Part shown: in pieces, positions 7,785 through 17,536 of the stretch
How the letters are laid out: every line of letters starts with the position of its first letter
Numbering within the stretch: position 1 is the stretch's first letter
Assembly: GCA_017461745.1 (NCBI GenBank)
Contig: JAFTXE010000109.1
Span: 30,822 to 94,821, forward strand
Direction: 5' to 3'
Source of the DNA: Clostridia bacterium
GTDB lineage: Bacteria > Bacillota > Clostridia > Oscillospirales > CAG-272
Length of the DNA: 64,000 bases
The notes under the pieces: generated by a model
The model's input: the letters and a program-made list of their open reading frames with translations, nothing else
Databases searched by the model: none
What the model was told of the DNA's origin: nothing
Program-made: the position numbers and the translations under genes

Positions 7785-9398
7785 ATGTCGGATGATAAAA
7801 CCAAAAAGCAAATACTTGACGAATTTTGGGACATATCCGCGCTTGTGCCTGCACGTAAGCCTATGCGTCCTTCCGCCAAGTCGGTAAGTACAGTCGAAAT
7901 ATCCGATGGGACAAATGGTAACGACAGTGCGCAAAATAAGCTTACCGAGGAAAGCACGGTTATAAAGCGATTTATCCCACCGCATTCTGCTGCTGAGTTT
8001 GAGGTCAGAAGAGAACCTGAGGAGTGTTATTTTCCCGATAACTCGCTCATTCATAAGGTAACGCTTTATAAAGAACCGTCCTCTTACGAATTTTACGCAA
8101 ATTTCTGCGCTACCGCCAAGAAGCTGTGGAATCAGAAGGGCGAGCCGAGTATGTACGCCGAATTTTTTTCGTATTCACCGCAGTACGACCAAATGAATCA
8201 TTGGCAGCTGTCGTATTACCTTTGGTGGCGCGAAAACGTGCGAAACGGTGTTTATATCAAAACTAATCTTTGCTATATATATCTTTATGCCTTTGAGCTT
8301 ATAAATGCAAGCGAGCGCGAGGAAGCGGAGCGCTCACGGGAGCTTTTGATTAACGTCGGAGAAAATTATAACGACGTTATAAGGGGCGCTATGTCGAGAT
8401 ATATCCGTTGGATAAGTGATTTTAGCCTTATTAATAAGCTTCAACCGCCTAAAAGCTTTCCCGAAAAGCTTCTTGTGAATGCGGGAGCGTTTAAGGAATA
8501 CTTCGTAAGGATACCCGGGAACACACCTGAGGGGTGGGCAAGAGCCTTGCTTACGTATTGCTGCTCGTATGATTACAGGAGAAGTAAATTCGCCACGAAA
8601 GACAATATCGCGTTGTATGATATCCATGTTCACGGTGCTTTGACCGAAGTGGTAAAAAAGCTCTCAGAAAACGGGAAAATACTATCCGGGTTACCTTTTG
8701 GTGATTGCAAGATATCAGCCAAGGCATATGAAGGCGCTGTATGCTCATCGTCAAACAGATATATTATCGAAGCTGAGTATTGCTCCTTCTCCCGTTCTCA
8801 TGAGCTGAGATTTTTAGTGGGAGATGTGGTTAAATACGCAGAAAATAAGATACGCGCCCATATTTCCGTTAAATCTCGATTGACCGTGTACTCGTTGCCA
8901 AATGATTTAAGAGAGGTAATTGACCTATATTTTGTAAATAATTTGCCAAACGTCAGACGTATAGTTAAGAAGCAGAGTAAGCCTGAGGAATATGAAGCGC
9001 TTTACGACTTGCCGCGCAAAAAGCTTGATCTTCATGATGCCGATAAAATAGAACAAGAGTCGTGGAATACAACGAAAGAGTTAGTAGAAGCATTTGAGGA
9101 AGAGCGTATAACGGAAGAAATTATCCCCATCGAGACGACGCAATCTACTGACGATAATATTTCAGATGAGTATGGAGACCTTGTAAGTGCCTTGGGTGAA
9201 TATGCGGAAGCGGTGGTCAGCTTAAAGAACGGTAGCTCAGCGCCGCTTTATGAGCTTTCAAGAAATTCGGGAAAGCCGATAGAAGCGTTGGTTGATGCCG
9301 TTAATGAAATATCCGTTGAGATTATTGGCGACATACTCATTGAAGAAAACGATGGAGAATATGCCGTTATAGAAGATTACGCTGATATGCTTAACTAA
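7785..9398 (+). CDS. sngA: TerB-N / TerB-C domain protein (Shango SngA-like)
   Basis: 537 aa counted from ATG 7785, which has a GGGAGG RBS 7 nt upstream. The ORF-track ATG at 7743 lies inside the predicted promoter. A TerB-N-like aromatic signature is present (FFSYSPQYDQMNHWQLSYYLWWRENVRNGVYIKTNLCYIYLYAFELIN). The acidic C-terminus has a TerB-C-like pattern (GKPIEALVDAVNEISVEIIGDILIEENDGEYAVIEDY). Confidence 0.75.
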   Translation: MSDDKTKKQILDEFWDISALVPARKPMRPSAKSVSTVEISDGTNGNDSAQNKLTEESTVIKRFIPPHSAAEFEVRREPEECYFPDNSLIHKVTLYKEPSSYEFYANFCATAKKLWNQKGEPSMYAEFFSYSPQYDQMNHWQLSYYLWWRENVRNGVYIKTNLCYIYLYAFELINASEREEAERSRELLINVGENYNDVIRGAMSRYIRWISDFSLINKLQPPKSFPEKLLVNAGAFKEYFVRIPGNTPEGWARALLTYCCSYDYRRSKFATKDNIALYDIHVHGALTEVVKKLSENGKILSGLPFGDCKISAKAYEGAVCSSSNRYIIEAEYCSFSRSHELRFLVGDVVKYAENKIRAHISVKSRLTVYSLPNDLREVIDLYFVNNLPNVRRIVKKQSKPEEYEALYDLPRKKLDLHDADKIEQESWNTTKELVEAFEEERITEEIIPIETTQSTDDNISDEYGDLVSALGEYAEAVVSLKNGSSAPLYELSRNSGKPIEALVDAVNEISVEIIGDILIEENDGEYAVIEDYADMLN

Positions 9399-9420
9399 CT
9401 TGATTTTAGGGAGAATAATA

Positions 9421-10782
9421 ATGAATAACGATACGAACGTTCAAAAAGTACCAAAAAGAATATTGAATACTTTGCTATCGTCTCTTGCCGCGGGAGTTGT
9501 GCCGAGAGCGGGCGCGCCTTACGTAACTATCGGACGGAAGGATGAAATAAGCGCTTTGCTTTCCGATTTAGAGCAGATAAACGAGGGCGGCGGCAGTATG
9601 CGTTTTATCATAGGTAGATACGGAAGCGGAAAAAGCTTTCTAATGCAGCTTATACGCGGCTATGCGCTTGAACGTGATTTTATAACTGCGGATGCCGACC
9701 TTTCTCCGGAACGTCGTCTTTACGGAACAGCGGGAAGCGGCGTTGCTACCTATAGAGAGCTTATAAAAAATCTCGCTTCAAAATCCTCTCCTGATGGAAA
9801 CGCACTACCAAAAATCATTGCTAAATGGATAGATATACTGCGGACGGAGCTTGTAAGTAAGGGCGTTGAGCCTGACAGCGATAGCTTTGACGTAAAGCTC
9901 AACGCCTTGGTAGCGGAAAAGCTCAGAGAGATAGAATTTATGGTTGGTGGTTTTGACTTTGCCCGTGTTATAACCGAGTATTATCGCTCATTGGTAAATG
10001 GTGACGACGATAAAAAAACGGCGTGCCTTTGCTGGCTCAGAGGCGAATTTACAACTAAGACCGAGGCAAGAAATTCTCTCGGCTTTGGAGTTTCTGTAAT
10101 TATAGACGACGATAACTGGTATGACTTCATAAAGCTGTGGGCGGTACTCGTTCGCTTTATGGGATATAGAGGACTTATAGTATTTATTGACGAATGTGTC
10201 AATCTCTATAAAATAAATCATCGCGTTAGCAGAGAAAATAATTATGAGAAAATACTCTCGATGTTTAACGATACCTTGCAAGGCAGAGCCGAAGGACTTG
10301 GAATTATACTTGGTGGCACACCTCAGTTTATGGACGATACAAGACGGGGACTTTTCAGCTACGAGGCTCTCAGAAGCCGCCTTGGCGACAGCCGATATAA
10401 TTCCGAACGGTTCAATAATTTTATAGGCCCTGTAATACGGCTCAAGCGACTGAGTGACGACGAATTGTTTGCGCTTATATCCCGAATAAGTAAGCTGTAC
10501 GCACAGAATTACGGTTGCGGTATGCTCGTAAGTGAAAAGCAGATGGTAGAGTTTCTTGAAATATCCTTGTCGCGCGCAGGCGCTGATAGCATGGTTACCC
10601 CCAGAGAAATGATAAGGGATTATATGACCGTCCTCAATATCATGATGCAGAATCCCAACGTATCATTTAATGAGATAGTTGGTGCTACCGTATCGGAAAA
10701 TACGGAAGATGATGAAGCGGATAAAAAGGAATTTACCCCCAAAAAAGCGGGTGACTTTACGGCAAACGATATAGAGTTTTAG
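9421..10782 (+). CDS. sngB: DUF2791/BrxD-like P-loop NTPase (Shango SngB-like)
   Basis: 453 aa counted from ATG 9421, with an AGGGAG RBS. It has the N-terminal signature LAAGVVPRAGAPYVTIGRKDEI, Walker A GRYGSGKSF and Walker B LIVFIDECVN. It lies 22 nt after the sngA stop. Confidence 0.75.
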   Translation: MNNDTNVQKVPKRILNTLLSSLAAGVVPRAGAPYVTIGRKDEISALLSDLEQINEGGGSMRFIIGRYGSGKSFLMQLIRGYALERDFITADADLSPERRLYGTAGSGVATYRELIKNLASKSSPDGNALPKIIAKWIDILRTELVSKGVEPDSDSFDVKLNALVAEKLREIEFMVGGFDFARVITEYYRSLVNGDDDKKTACLCWLRGEFTTKTEARNSLGFGVSVIIDDDNWYDFIKLWAVLVRFMGYRGLIVFIDECVNLYKINHRVSRENNYEKILSMFNDTLQGRAEGLGIILGGTPQFMDDTRRGLFSYEALRSRLGDSRYNSERFNNFIGPVIRLKRLSDDELFALISRISKLYAQNYGCGMLVSEKQMVEFLEISLSRAGADSMVTPREMIRDYMTVLNIMMQNPNVSFNEIVGATVSENTEDDEADKKEFTPKKAGDFTANDIEF

Positions 10783-10791
10783 GAGGTTAAA

Positions 10792-13023
10792 ATGACGGAA
10801 GCGGATAGAGTATTTGCCAGATTTCCCGATTTTATAAGGGAATATATATATTCGCATTCATGGGATACACTAAGAGACGTTCAGCTTTTTGCGGCAAATT
10901 CAATTTTCAATACGGAAAATAATCTTCTGCTTACCTCATCGACTGCCAGCGGAAAGACCGAGGCGGCATTCTTTCCGATAATCACAGATGTGTGGAATAA
11001 CCCGCCCGAGAGCGTTGCCGTGTTGTATATAGCCCCCCTGAAAAGCTTGATAAACGACCAGTTTTACAGAATAGAGGAACTCCTCGAGCAAAGCTTTATT
11101 AAGGTAACGCATTGGCACGGAGACGTTGCGGCATCACAAAAGAAAAAGCTACTTGAACACCCCGAGGGAATATTGCAGATAACACCCGAGTCGCTTGAGG
11201 CGATGCTTATGAATAGAGCTAACGATATTCCAAGACTTTTTTCGGGACTTCGTTACGTAGTCATAGACGAAATTCATACCTTGATGGGAAGTGACAGAGG
11301 AAATCAGATAATCTGTCAATTGTCAAGATTGCAGAGAGCTATTGGAGCGATACCGAGACGAATAGGGCTTTCTGCAACGGTCGGCGAGCCTCAGATTGCG
11401 GCAAAATGGCTTTCAGCAGGAACGTACAGAAATACAGATATATCTCCAACGCCCAAGGAAAAGATACGTTGGCGTCTTGGTATGGAGCATTTTTATATAC
11501 AAAATCCTAACTTTGATCAAGCTACTAATGACGTTGAGAAGGAAAAAGCAACGCTTGACGCGGGATACGAATATGTATACGATTGTGTTGATAACGTAAA
11601 ATCCTTGATTTTCTCAAACTCCCGTGAGGAGACCGAATACGTCTGTGCAACGCTCAGACAGATAGCGTCTAAAAGAGGAGACAGAGATAAATTTCTAATA
11701 CATCATGGAAATCTTTCCGCCGCCTTGCGAGAAGAAGCGGAAATGAAGATGCGCGATACCGAGCAGATGGCGGTTACCTGTGCAACGGTTACTATGGAGC
11801 TGGGAATTGATATCGGGAGACTTGAAAGAATAATACAGATAGACGCACCAAATTCCGTATCGGCATTTCTGCAAAGACTCGGACGATCGGGCAGACGCGG
11901 ACAGCCACCCGAGATGATGATGGTATTCAGAGAGGATGAGCCATTGCCAAATGCTCCGCTACCTCAGCTTATTCCATGGGGACTCGTGAGAGCGATAGCG
12001 ATTGTTCAGCTATATATAGAGGAACGTTTTATTGAACCTCCGTCTTGGAAAAAGCAACCCTTTAGTCTGCTGTTTCATCAGACCTTAAGTACGCTTGCGT
12101 CGTTTGGAGAATTGAGCGCGTCTCAGCTTGCCGAGATGATGCTTACGTTGCCGCCTTTTGAGAATATATCTAAGGAAAGCTATAGAGAGTTACTTGTGTC
12201 GATGCTCAATCACGATTTTCTCGAAATGACGGAGGAAAAGGGACTTATAACTGGACTTGCGGCAGAAAGACTTTTAAACAGCTTTAAGTTTTATGCGGTT
12301 TTCAAGGATAGTGAGGACTTTACCGTAAGATGTGAGTCCGAGGAGATAGGAACGATAACGACTCCGCCACCTATGGGAGACAGATTTGCGCTTGCGGGCA
12401 GAGTGTGGGAGGTAACAGAAATCGACGCGGCAAGACGTCTCGTGTACGTTAAGAGCGTCGAGGGAAAAATGGAGATCTCTTGGCCGGGAGACTTTGGAGA
12501 AATCCATACCAGGATACTTGAAAGAATGCGGCAGGTGCTTACCGAGGACACGGTATATCCGTATCTTAAGGAAAATGCGATGCAAAGACTTGAGGTTGCA
12601 AGACGCGTCGTGAAAAATACGGGAATGGATAAAAAACATATTATACATCTTGGAGGATATACCTACTGTATTTTTCCGTGGCTTGGCACTCGCTCCTTCC
12701 GTGCGCTGAGAAAAATGATATCAGCGGTCTCACAGCCGTTAGGAATATCGGGCATTGACTTTGAAGGCTGTTATTATATGACGTTCCGTATGGAAAAATC
12801 CGATGAGAAGGGGTTGATAGATGCTCTTTGCTCTTATTTTGGCAGAGGAACGTGTGATGCGATAAATCTTGTGAGTTCTAAGGAATTGCCCGCCTTTGAA
12901 AAATATGACGAATATATTCCAGGCGACTTGCTGCGTAAGGCTTATGCTACGGACAGACTTAACGCGGAAGAAGCAATTAATCGATTATCAGATATAAGAG
13001 CGGATTTTGAAAGTAGGGCTTAA
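10792..13023 (+). CDS. sngC: Superfamily-2 DExH helicase, Lhr-like (Shango SngC-like)
   Basis: 743 aa with an AGGAGG RBS, starting 9 nt after the sngB stop. Helicase motif I is TASGKTEA, motif II VVIDEIH, motif III LSATVG and motif VI QRLGRSGRRG. Roughly the C-terminal half has no motif I can assign. Confidence 0.8.
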   Translation: MTEADRVFARFPDFIREYIYSHSWDTLRDVQLFAANSIFNTENNLLLTSSTASGKTEAAFFPIITDVWNNPPESVAVLYIAPLKSLINDQFYRIEELLEQSFIKVTHWHGDVAASQKKKLLEHPEGILQITPESLEAMLMNRANDIPRLFSGLRYVVIDEIHTLMGSDRGNQIICQLSRLQRAIGAIPRRIGLSATVGEPQIAAKWLSAGTYRNTDISPTPKEKIRWRLGMEHFYIQNPNFDQATNDVEKEKATLDAGYEYVYDCVDNVKSLIFSNSREETEYVCATLRQIASKRGDRDKFLIHHGNLSAALREEAEMKMRDTEQMAVTCATVTMELGIDIGRLERIIQIDAPNSVSAFLQRLGRSGRRGQPPEMMMVFREDEPLPNAPLPQLIPWGLVRAIAIVQLYIEERFIEPPSWKKQPFSLLFHQTLSTLASFGELSASQLAEMMLTLPPFENISKESYRELLVSMLNHDFLEMTEEKGLITGLAAERLLNSFKFYAVFKDSEDFTVRCESEEIGTITTPPPMGDRFALAGRVWEVTEIDAARRLVYVKSVEGKMEISWPGDFGEIHTRILERMRQVLTEDTVYPYLKENAMQRLEVARRVVKNTGMDKKHIIHLGGYTYCIFPWLGTRSFRALRKMISAVSQPLGISGIDFEGCYYMTFRMEKSDEKGLIDALCSYFGRGTCDAINLVSSKELPAFEKYDEYIPGDLLRKAYATDRLNAEEAINRLSDIRADFESRA

Positions 13024-13030
13024 ACGCGTC

Positions 13031-13086
13031 AAATTCCGCGCTCGGCAAAATTCAAAAACGTTTTTTGCCGTAGCGCGGAATTTTTT
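13031..13086 (+). terminator. Intrinsic terminator of the TerB/ATPase/helicase operon
   Basis: This is a nested hairpin: aaattccgcgct..cggcaaaa / ttttgccg..agcgcggaattt. A T6 run follows it. Confidence 0.75.
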
Positions 13087-13097
13087 ACAAATATATA

Positions 13098-13126
13098 TTG
13101 ACAAATCCTTGTTTTCAATGTATAAT
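13098..13126 (+). promoter_or_regulatory. Consensus sigma-A promoter for the transporter gene
   Basis: TTGACA (13098-13103), 17-nt spacer, TATAAT (13121-13126). Confidence 0.65.
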
Positions 13127-13170
13127 AAGCAGGTTGCGAAAATATTTAAGTAAGAGGCGAAGAAAACGTT

Positions 13171-14460
13171 ATGATAACTATGCTTGTCATTGCAATACTT
13201 ACGGTTGTGGCTTTTCTGCTCAGTGTACTTTTCTTTCCATCAATTGGGAAGCGTGTTAAAATAAAAATTTATGCATTTATTCCGCTTATAGGCGGATTTT
13301 TTATGGTACTTCTCGGAGATCTTTCATGGAAGGAAGTATTTGTTTCCTTTACCGAAAATTCATCGGTAAATCCAATGAAAATACTCGTTCTGTTTCTGTC
13401 AATGACCGTGTATTCTTTGATACTTGATAAAACTGGATTTTTCGGATATATTTCAGGTGTGGTACTTAAAAGAGCGGGGCATAACCAATTTACCGTGTTT
13501 TTCTCGCTGTATTTCGTAATATCCTTGCTTACTGTGTTTACCTCTAACGATATAGTAATTTTGACTTTCACGCCGTTTATATGTAAATTCTGTAGAGCGG
13601 CAAAGCTTGACGTTATTCCTTATTTAATAATGGAATTTATAGCGGCGAATACGTGGAGCTTATTCTTGCTTATAGGTAATCCCACTAATATATACATATC
13701 AGGAGCATTTGATATAAGCTTTACAGAGTATTTCGTTCATATGGCGCTTCCGACTATTGCCGCAGGACTTGTTTCCTTGGGAGCTATGCTTATAATTTTC
13801 GGCAGAAAACTCAAGAAAAGTATATATGCGGAAACTCAGATACAGGAGATAAACGATAAGCCGCTTATGTGGGTATCTCTCGTACATTTGATATTGTGTA
13901 TAATTTTGCTTGCCATTTCCCAGTATACCAACACGGAAATGTGGTTGATATCGTTGGGCGTCGCTGCTTCGGCAATTATTTGTTCTGTAACAGTGCTTGC
14001 CGTGCGTCGTAAGAAATTCACACCTCTTGTCAATGCAATAAAGGGAATGCCTTTTGAGATAATACCATTCGTTATCGGCATGTTTATAATCGTTATGGCA
14101 CTTGATAATACGGGGATAACCTCAATAATTTCGAGTTTTCTTGGAGAGCATAATAGCGTTTTGGAATACGGATTTGCGTCGCTTTTGTCGTGTAATTTTC
14201 TTAATAATATTCCCATGAGCGTACTGTTCAGTAAGATTTTGTCTGTGTCTCCTTCAATGCCTGAAATTTATGCTACAATAGTTGGCTCGAATATAGGTGC
14301 ATTTATTACTCCCGTTGGAGCGCTTGCGGGAATAATGTGGTCAAATCTTATAAAACAGAACAAAGTCAAGCTTTCCGTGTCGAAATTCGTGGTATATGGA
14401 GTTTCTATAGGCGTTCCATCCTTGCTTGCGTCGCTGATAGTTATCATGATAACGTCGTGA
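13171..14460 (+). CDS. ArsB/NhaD-superfamily (CitMHS-like) ion transporter permease
   Basis: 429 aa with about 10-12 hydrophobic segments. Its length and repeated-hairpin pattern resemble the arsenical-pump/citrate-transporter-like permeases. The substrate cannot be determined from sequence. Confidence 0.55.
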   Translation: MITMLVIAILTVVAFLLSVLFFPSIGKRVKIKIYAFIPLIGGFFMVLLGDLSWKEVFVSFTENSSVNPMKILVLFLSMTVYSLILDKTGFFGYISGVVLKRAGHNQFTVFFSLYFVISLLTVFTSNDIVILTFTPFICKFCRAAKLDVIPYLIMEFIAANTWSLFLLIGNPTNIYISGAFDISFTEYFVHMALPTIAAGLVSLGAMLIIFGRKLKKSIYAETQIQEINDKPLMWVSLVHLILCIILLAISQYTNTEMWLISLGVAASAIICSVTVLAVRRKKFTPLVNAIKGMPFEIIPFVIGMFIIVMALDNTGITSIISSFLGEHNSVLEYGFASLLSCNFLNNIPMSVLFSKILSVSPSMPEIYATIVGSNIGAFITPVGALAGIMWSNLIKQNKVKLSVSKFVVYGVSIGVPSLLASLIVIMITS

Positions 14461-14575
14461 TTTTAAAGAGAAAATGGTGAAAAATATTATATAAATGTAA
14501 AATTCACAAAATAACTGTTTACAAAATTAAAAAAATGTAGTAAAATATATGTAGTTATGTTTAGAAGAGGAGATT

Positions 14576-15289
14576 ATGGTTATGGAGCCTAAATATAAAA
14601 GAGTTCTGCTTAAGCTGTCGGGCGAAGCTCTTGCGGCTGGCGCTGACGGTATTTTGAATTTTGATTTTATTTCATCCGTAGCTGAGGTGTTGAAGAAATG
14701 CATCGATGCTGGAGTTGAAGTCGGCGTTATAGTCGGCGCGGGAAATATATGGAGAGGCAGACAAGGCGGCAAGATGGATAGAGTTCGCGCAGATAGCATG
14801 GGAATGCTTGCGACGACTATAAACGCTCTTGCTTTGCAGGATACCTTTATTCAGTGTGGACTTAAGGCGAAGGTCATGACCGCGGTTGAGATGAATACCT
14901 TTGCCGATAAATACGTTACCCGAGATGCCGTTGCTGCGCTTGAAGCAGGAACAGTCGTCATTTTCGGATGCGGTCTTGGCGCTCCATATTTTTCAACAGA
15001 TACCGCGGCTGTTCTCAGAGCCGCTGAAATAGAAGCAGATGCCGTACTCATGGCAAAGAATATCGATGGCGTTTATTCCGCAGACCCCAAACGCGACCCT
15101 AATGCAGTACGCTATGACGAGATAACGTACAAGGAGGTTCTTGAAAAGGAGCTTAAGGCGCTTGACCTTACGGCAACCACCTTCTGCATGGATAACGATA
15201 TCAAGTGTTATGCGTTTGAGCTTAAAGATCCGATGAACATTTACAGAGTTATAATGGGCGAAAAAATTGGAACTGAGCTTCACAGATAA
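14576..15289 (+). CDS. pyrH: UMP kinase
   Basis: 237 aa with KRVLLKLSGEAL and VGVIVGAGNIWRG motifs and a GAGGAG RBS. It shows the conserved pyrH-frr synteny. Confidence 0.95.
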   Translation: MVMEPKYKRVLLKLSGEALAAGADGILNFDFISSVAEVLKKCIDAGVEVGVIVGAGNIWRGRQGGKMDRVRADSMGMLATTINALALQDTFIQCGLKAKVMTAVEMNTFADKYVTRDAVAALEAGTVVIFGCGLGAPYFSTDTAAVLRAAEIEADAVLMAKNIDGVYSADPKRDPNAVRYDEITYKEVLEKELKALDLTATTFCMDNDIKCYAFELKDPMNIYRVIMGEKIGTELHR

Positions 15290-15335
15290 AAAGAAATCAT
15301 AATACATTTTAAATTATTTTACGGAGGATATATAT

Positions 15336-15890
15336 ATGAAACTCGATACCAAAGACTACGAAGCTAAAATGGCAAAGGCGGTTGCAAGCTATCAGGAGAA
15401 CCTCTCCTCTATCCGCGCAGGACAGGCGAATTCCGCAGTACTTAATAAGGTGACCTTTGAATATTGGGGCACTCCCACACCTATCAAGGATATGGCTGAT
15501 ATCAGAGTTGCCGACGCTAAGACACTGACCGTTTCTCCCTACGATGCAACGACTCTTAAGGAGATGGAAAAGGCTATTCTTGCGTCCGATATAGGAATTA
15601 CTCCTACCAATGACGGTAAGGTTATCCGTCTTATATTCCCTCAGCCTACTGAGGAGCGCCGCAAGGAGCTTGTTAAGCAGGTTCAGAAATTTGGAGAAGA
15701 TGCGAAGGTTGCTATCCGTAACATCAGAAGAGATGCAAACGATACTTGCAAGAAGATGAAGAAAGACGGAGAGATGACGGAGGACGAGCAGAAGGCATCT
15801 GAGAAGTCTGTTCAGGACCTTACGGATAAGTTTATTAAAGAAATTGACGCTGTTACCGCTAAGAAGGAAAGTGAGATAATGAAGATATAA
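15336..15890 (+). CDS. frr: Ribosome recycling factor
   Basis: 184 aa with the typical Frr sequence (LSSIRAGQANSAVLNKV ... IRNIRRDAND). Confidence 0.95.
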   Translation: MKLDTKDYEAKMAKAVASYQENLSSIRAGQANSAVLNKVTFEYWGTPTPIKDMADIRVADAKTLTVSPYDATTLKEMEKAILASDIGITPTNDGKVIRLIFPQPTEERRKELVKQVQKFGEDAKVAIRNIRRDANDTCKKMKKDGEMTEDEQKASEKSVQDLTDKFIKEIDAVTAKKESEIMKI

Positions 15891-15916
15891 TCTTCGGAAA
15901 TTCTTTTCTAAGGATA

Positions 15917-15950
15917 CGGGGCGGGTTTTTGCCCGCCCCCGATTTTCATA
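15917..15950 (+). terminator. Intrinsic terminator/attenuator after frr
   Basis: The GC stem ggggcggg / cccgcccc has a ttttg loop and is followed by gattttcatatttt. Confidence 0.7.
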
Positions 15951-15967
15951 TTTTGAAAGGCTTTGTT

Positions 15968-16678
15968 ATGAAAAAAACTAAAGAAAAATATACAGCCGAG
16001 AACTGTCCTATAAAGCATATAGCTTTCATAATGGACGGAAACGGACGTTGGGCAAAGAAAAGAGGAATGCCGCGTGAGTACGGTCATACTCACGGAGCAG
16101 AGGTTTTCAGAAAAATAATGCGCCGCTGCTGTGAGCTTGGTATAAAGGCTGCTACCTTCTACGTCTTTTCAACGGAAAATTGGAAAAGACCGCAAAAGGA
16201 GGTTGATGCTATTCTTGGACTTCTTGACAAATATCTTGACGACTGTGAAAAGGAAGTCAACGATAACGACGTAAGATTTATTTTCGTCGGAGATATGTCG
16301 GTATTTTCCGATTCTATCCGAGAGAAAATAAAGAGAATAGAGGAAGTTTCGAAGAATAATACCTATATTGCAAATATGGCGCTGAATTACGGCGGCAGAG
16401 ACGAAATTGCTCACGCTGTAAATACGCTCATTGCTGATGGAAAGCAGAGTGTTACCGAGGACGATATTACGGGAGCGCTTTATACAAAGGAATCTCCTCC
16501 TCTCGATTTGATAGTTCGTACGGGCGGAGATATAAGATTATCAAACTTTCTTCTTTGGCAAGCGGCGTACGCTGAGTTTTATTTTACCGATAAGCTTTGG
16601 CCCGACCTTAAGGCTAAGGACGTTGATATAATTGTAGATGATTTTGTAAGTCGTAACCGAAGATTCGGTGGTGTATAA
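15968..16678 (+). CDS. uppS: Undecaprenyl-diphosphate synthase (isoprenyl transferase)
   Basis: 236 aa counted from ATG 15968. The longer ORF-track start at 15929 lies inside the frr terminator. HIAFIMDGNGRWA and RTGGDIRLSNFLLWQ motifs are present. Confidence 0.9.
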   Translation: MKKTKEKYTAENCPIKHIAFIMDGNGRWAKKRGMPREYGHTHGAEVFRKIMRRCCELGIKAATFYVFSTENWKRPQKEVDAILGLLDKYLDDCEKEVNDNDVRFIFVGDMSVFSDSIREKIKRIEEVSKNNTYIANMALNYGGRDEIAHAVNTLIADGKQSVTEDDITGALYTKESPPLDLIVRTGGDIRLSNFLLWQAAYAEFYFTDKLWPDLKAKDVDIIVDDFVSRNRRFGGV

Positions 16679-16689
16679 AAGGGGAACGT

Positions 16690-17523
16690 ATGCTTAAAAG
16701 GATAATAACTTCAATAGTCGCAATCTGCGTACTCGTACCCGTTTTGATATTTTCGGGAACGGTAGTGCTTCCTTTTGCCGTGGCTTGCGCAACAGTGATA
16801 TGCATTTATGAAATGCTTAAATGTATGGGTACATATAAAAAATACGCACTTTCTATCCCTCTGTATCTTGTGGCGTTTGTTCTTCCTTTTCTTCTGAGAT
16901 ACGTAGATATAAATATAGCTGCCGTATGCTTTATAGCCGCTGTCGTTTATCTCGTTATAATGTTTGCGGCGATAATATGGTCGCACGGAAGCTTTAAGTT
17001 TGCTGACGGAATGGCTATGTTTACGGTGTCAGCATATATCATCACTGCTATGAACGCAATAGTTTACGTAAGGGACTTCGGAGATTACGGAAAATATCTG
17101 TATCTCTTGATCTTCATTGGCGCTTGGATAACCGATACGTTTGCTTATTTTACAGGTGTTTTCTTTGGAAAGCATAAGCTTATTGAAGACGTCAGCCCTA
17201 AGAAGACTATCGAGGGAAGTATAGGCGGAATTTTGTTTTGCGTTATTTCCTTTGCCGTGTTTGGAATAGTTATGGATGCTTTCTTTGACAGAAGTGCAAA
17301 TATTCTTTTCCTTGCCGTAAGCGCAGTTGCGGTTTCAATAGTCTCTCAGATAGGCGACCTGATAATGTCGGTTATCAAAAGACATTACGGCATAAAGGAC
17401 TACGGAAAAATTTTCCCCGGACATGGCGGCATGCTTGACAGATTTGATTCTATATTGGCAGTATCGCTGTGTTTAATGGCTATTTGTATGCTTGCAGGAC
17501 TTTTAAACGTTCAGCTTTTATAA
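16690..17523 (+). CDS. cdsA: Phosphatidate cytidylyltransferase
   Basis: 277 aa and polytopic. It carries the CdsA signature SVIKRHYGIKDYGKIFPGHGGMLDRFDS. Confidence 0.9.
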   Translation: MLKRIITSIVAICVLVPVLIFSGTVVLPFAVACATVICIYEMLKCMGTYKKYALSIPLYLVAFVLPFLLRYVDINIAAVCFIAAVVYLVIMFAAIIWSHGSFKFADGMAMFTVSAYIITAMNAIVYVRDFGDYGKYLYLLIFIGAWITDTFAYFTGVFFGKHKLIEDVSPKKTIEGSIGGILFCVISFAVFGIVMDAFFDRSANILFLAVSAVAVSIVSQIGDLIMSVIKRHYGIKDYGKIFPGHGGMLDRFDSILAVSLCLMAICMLAGLLNVQLL

Positions 17524-17536
17524 TCGGAGATAAACA

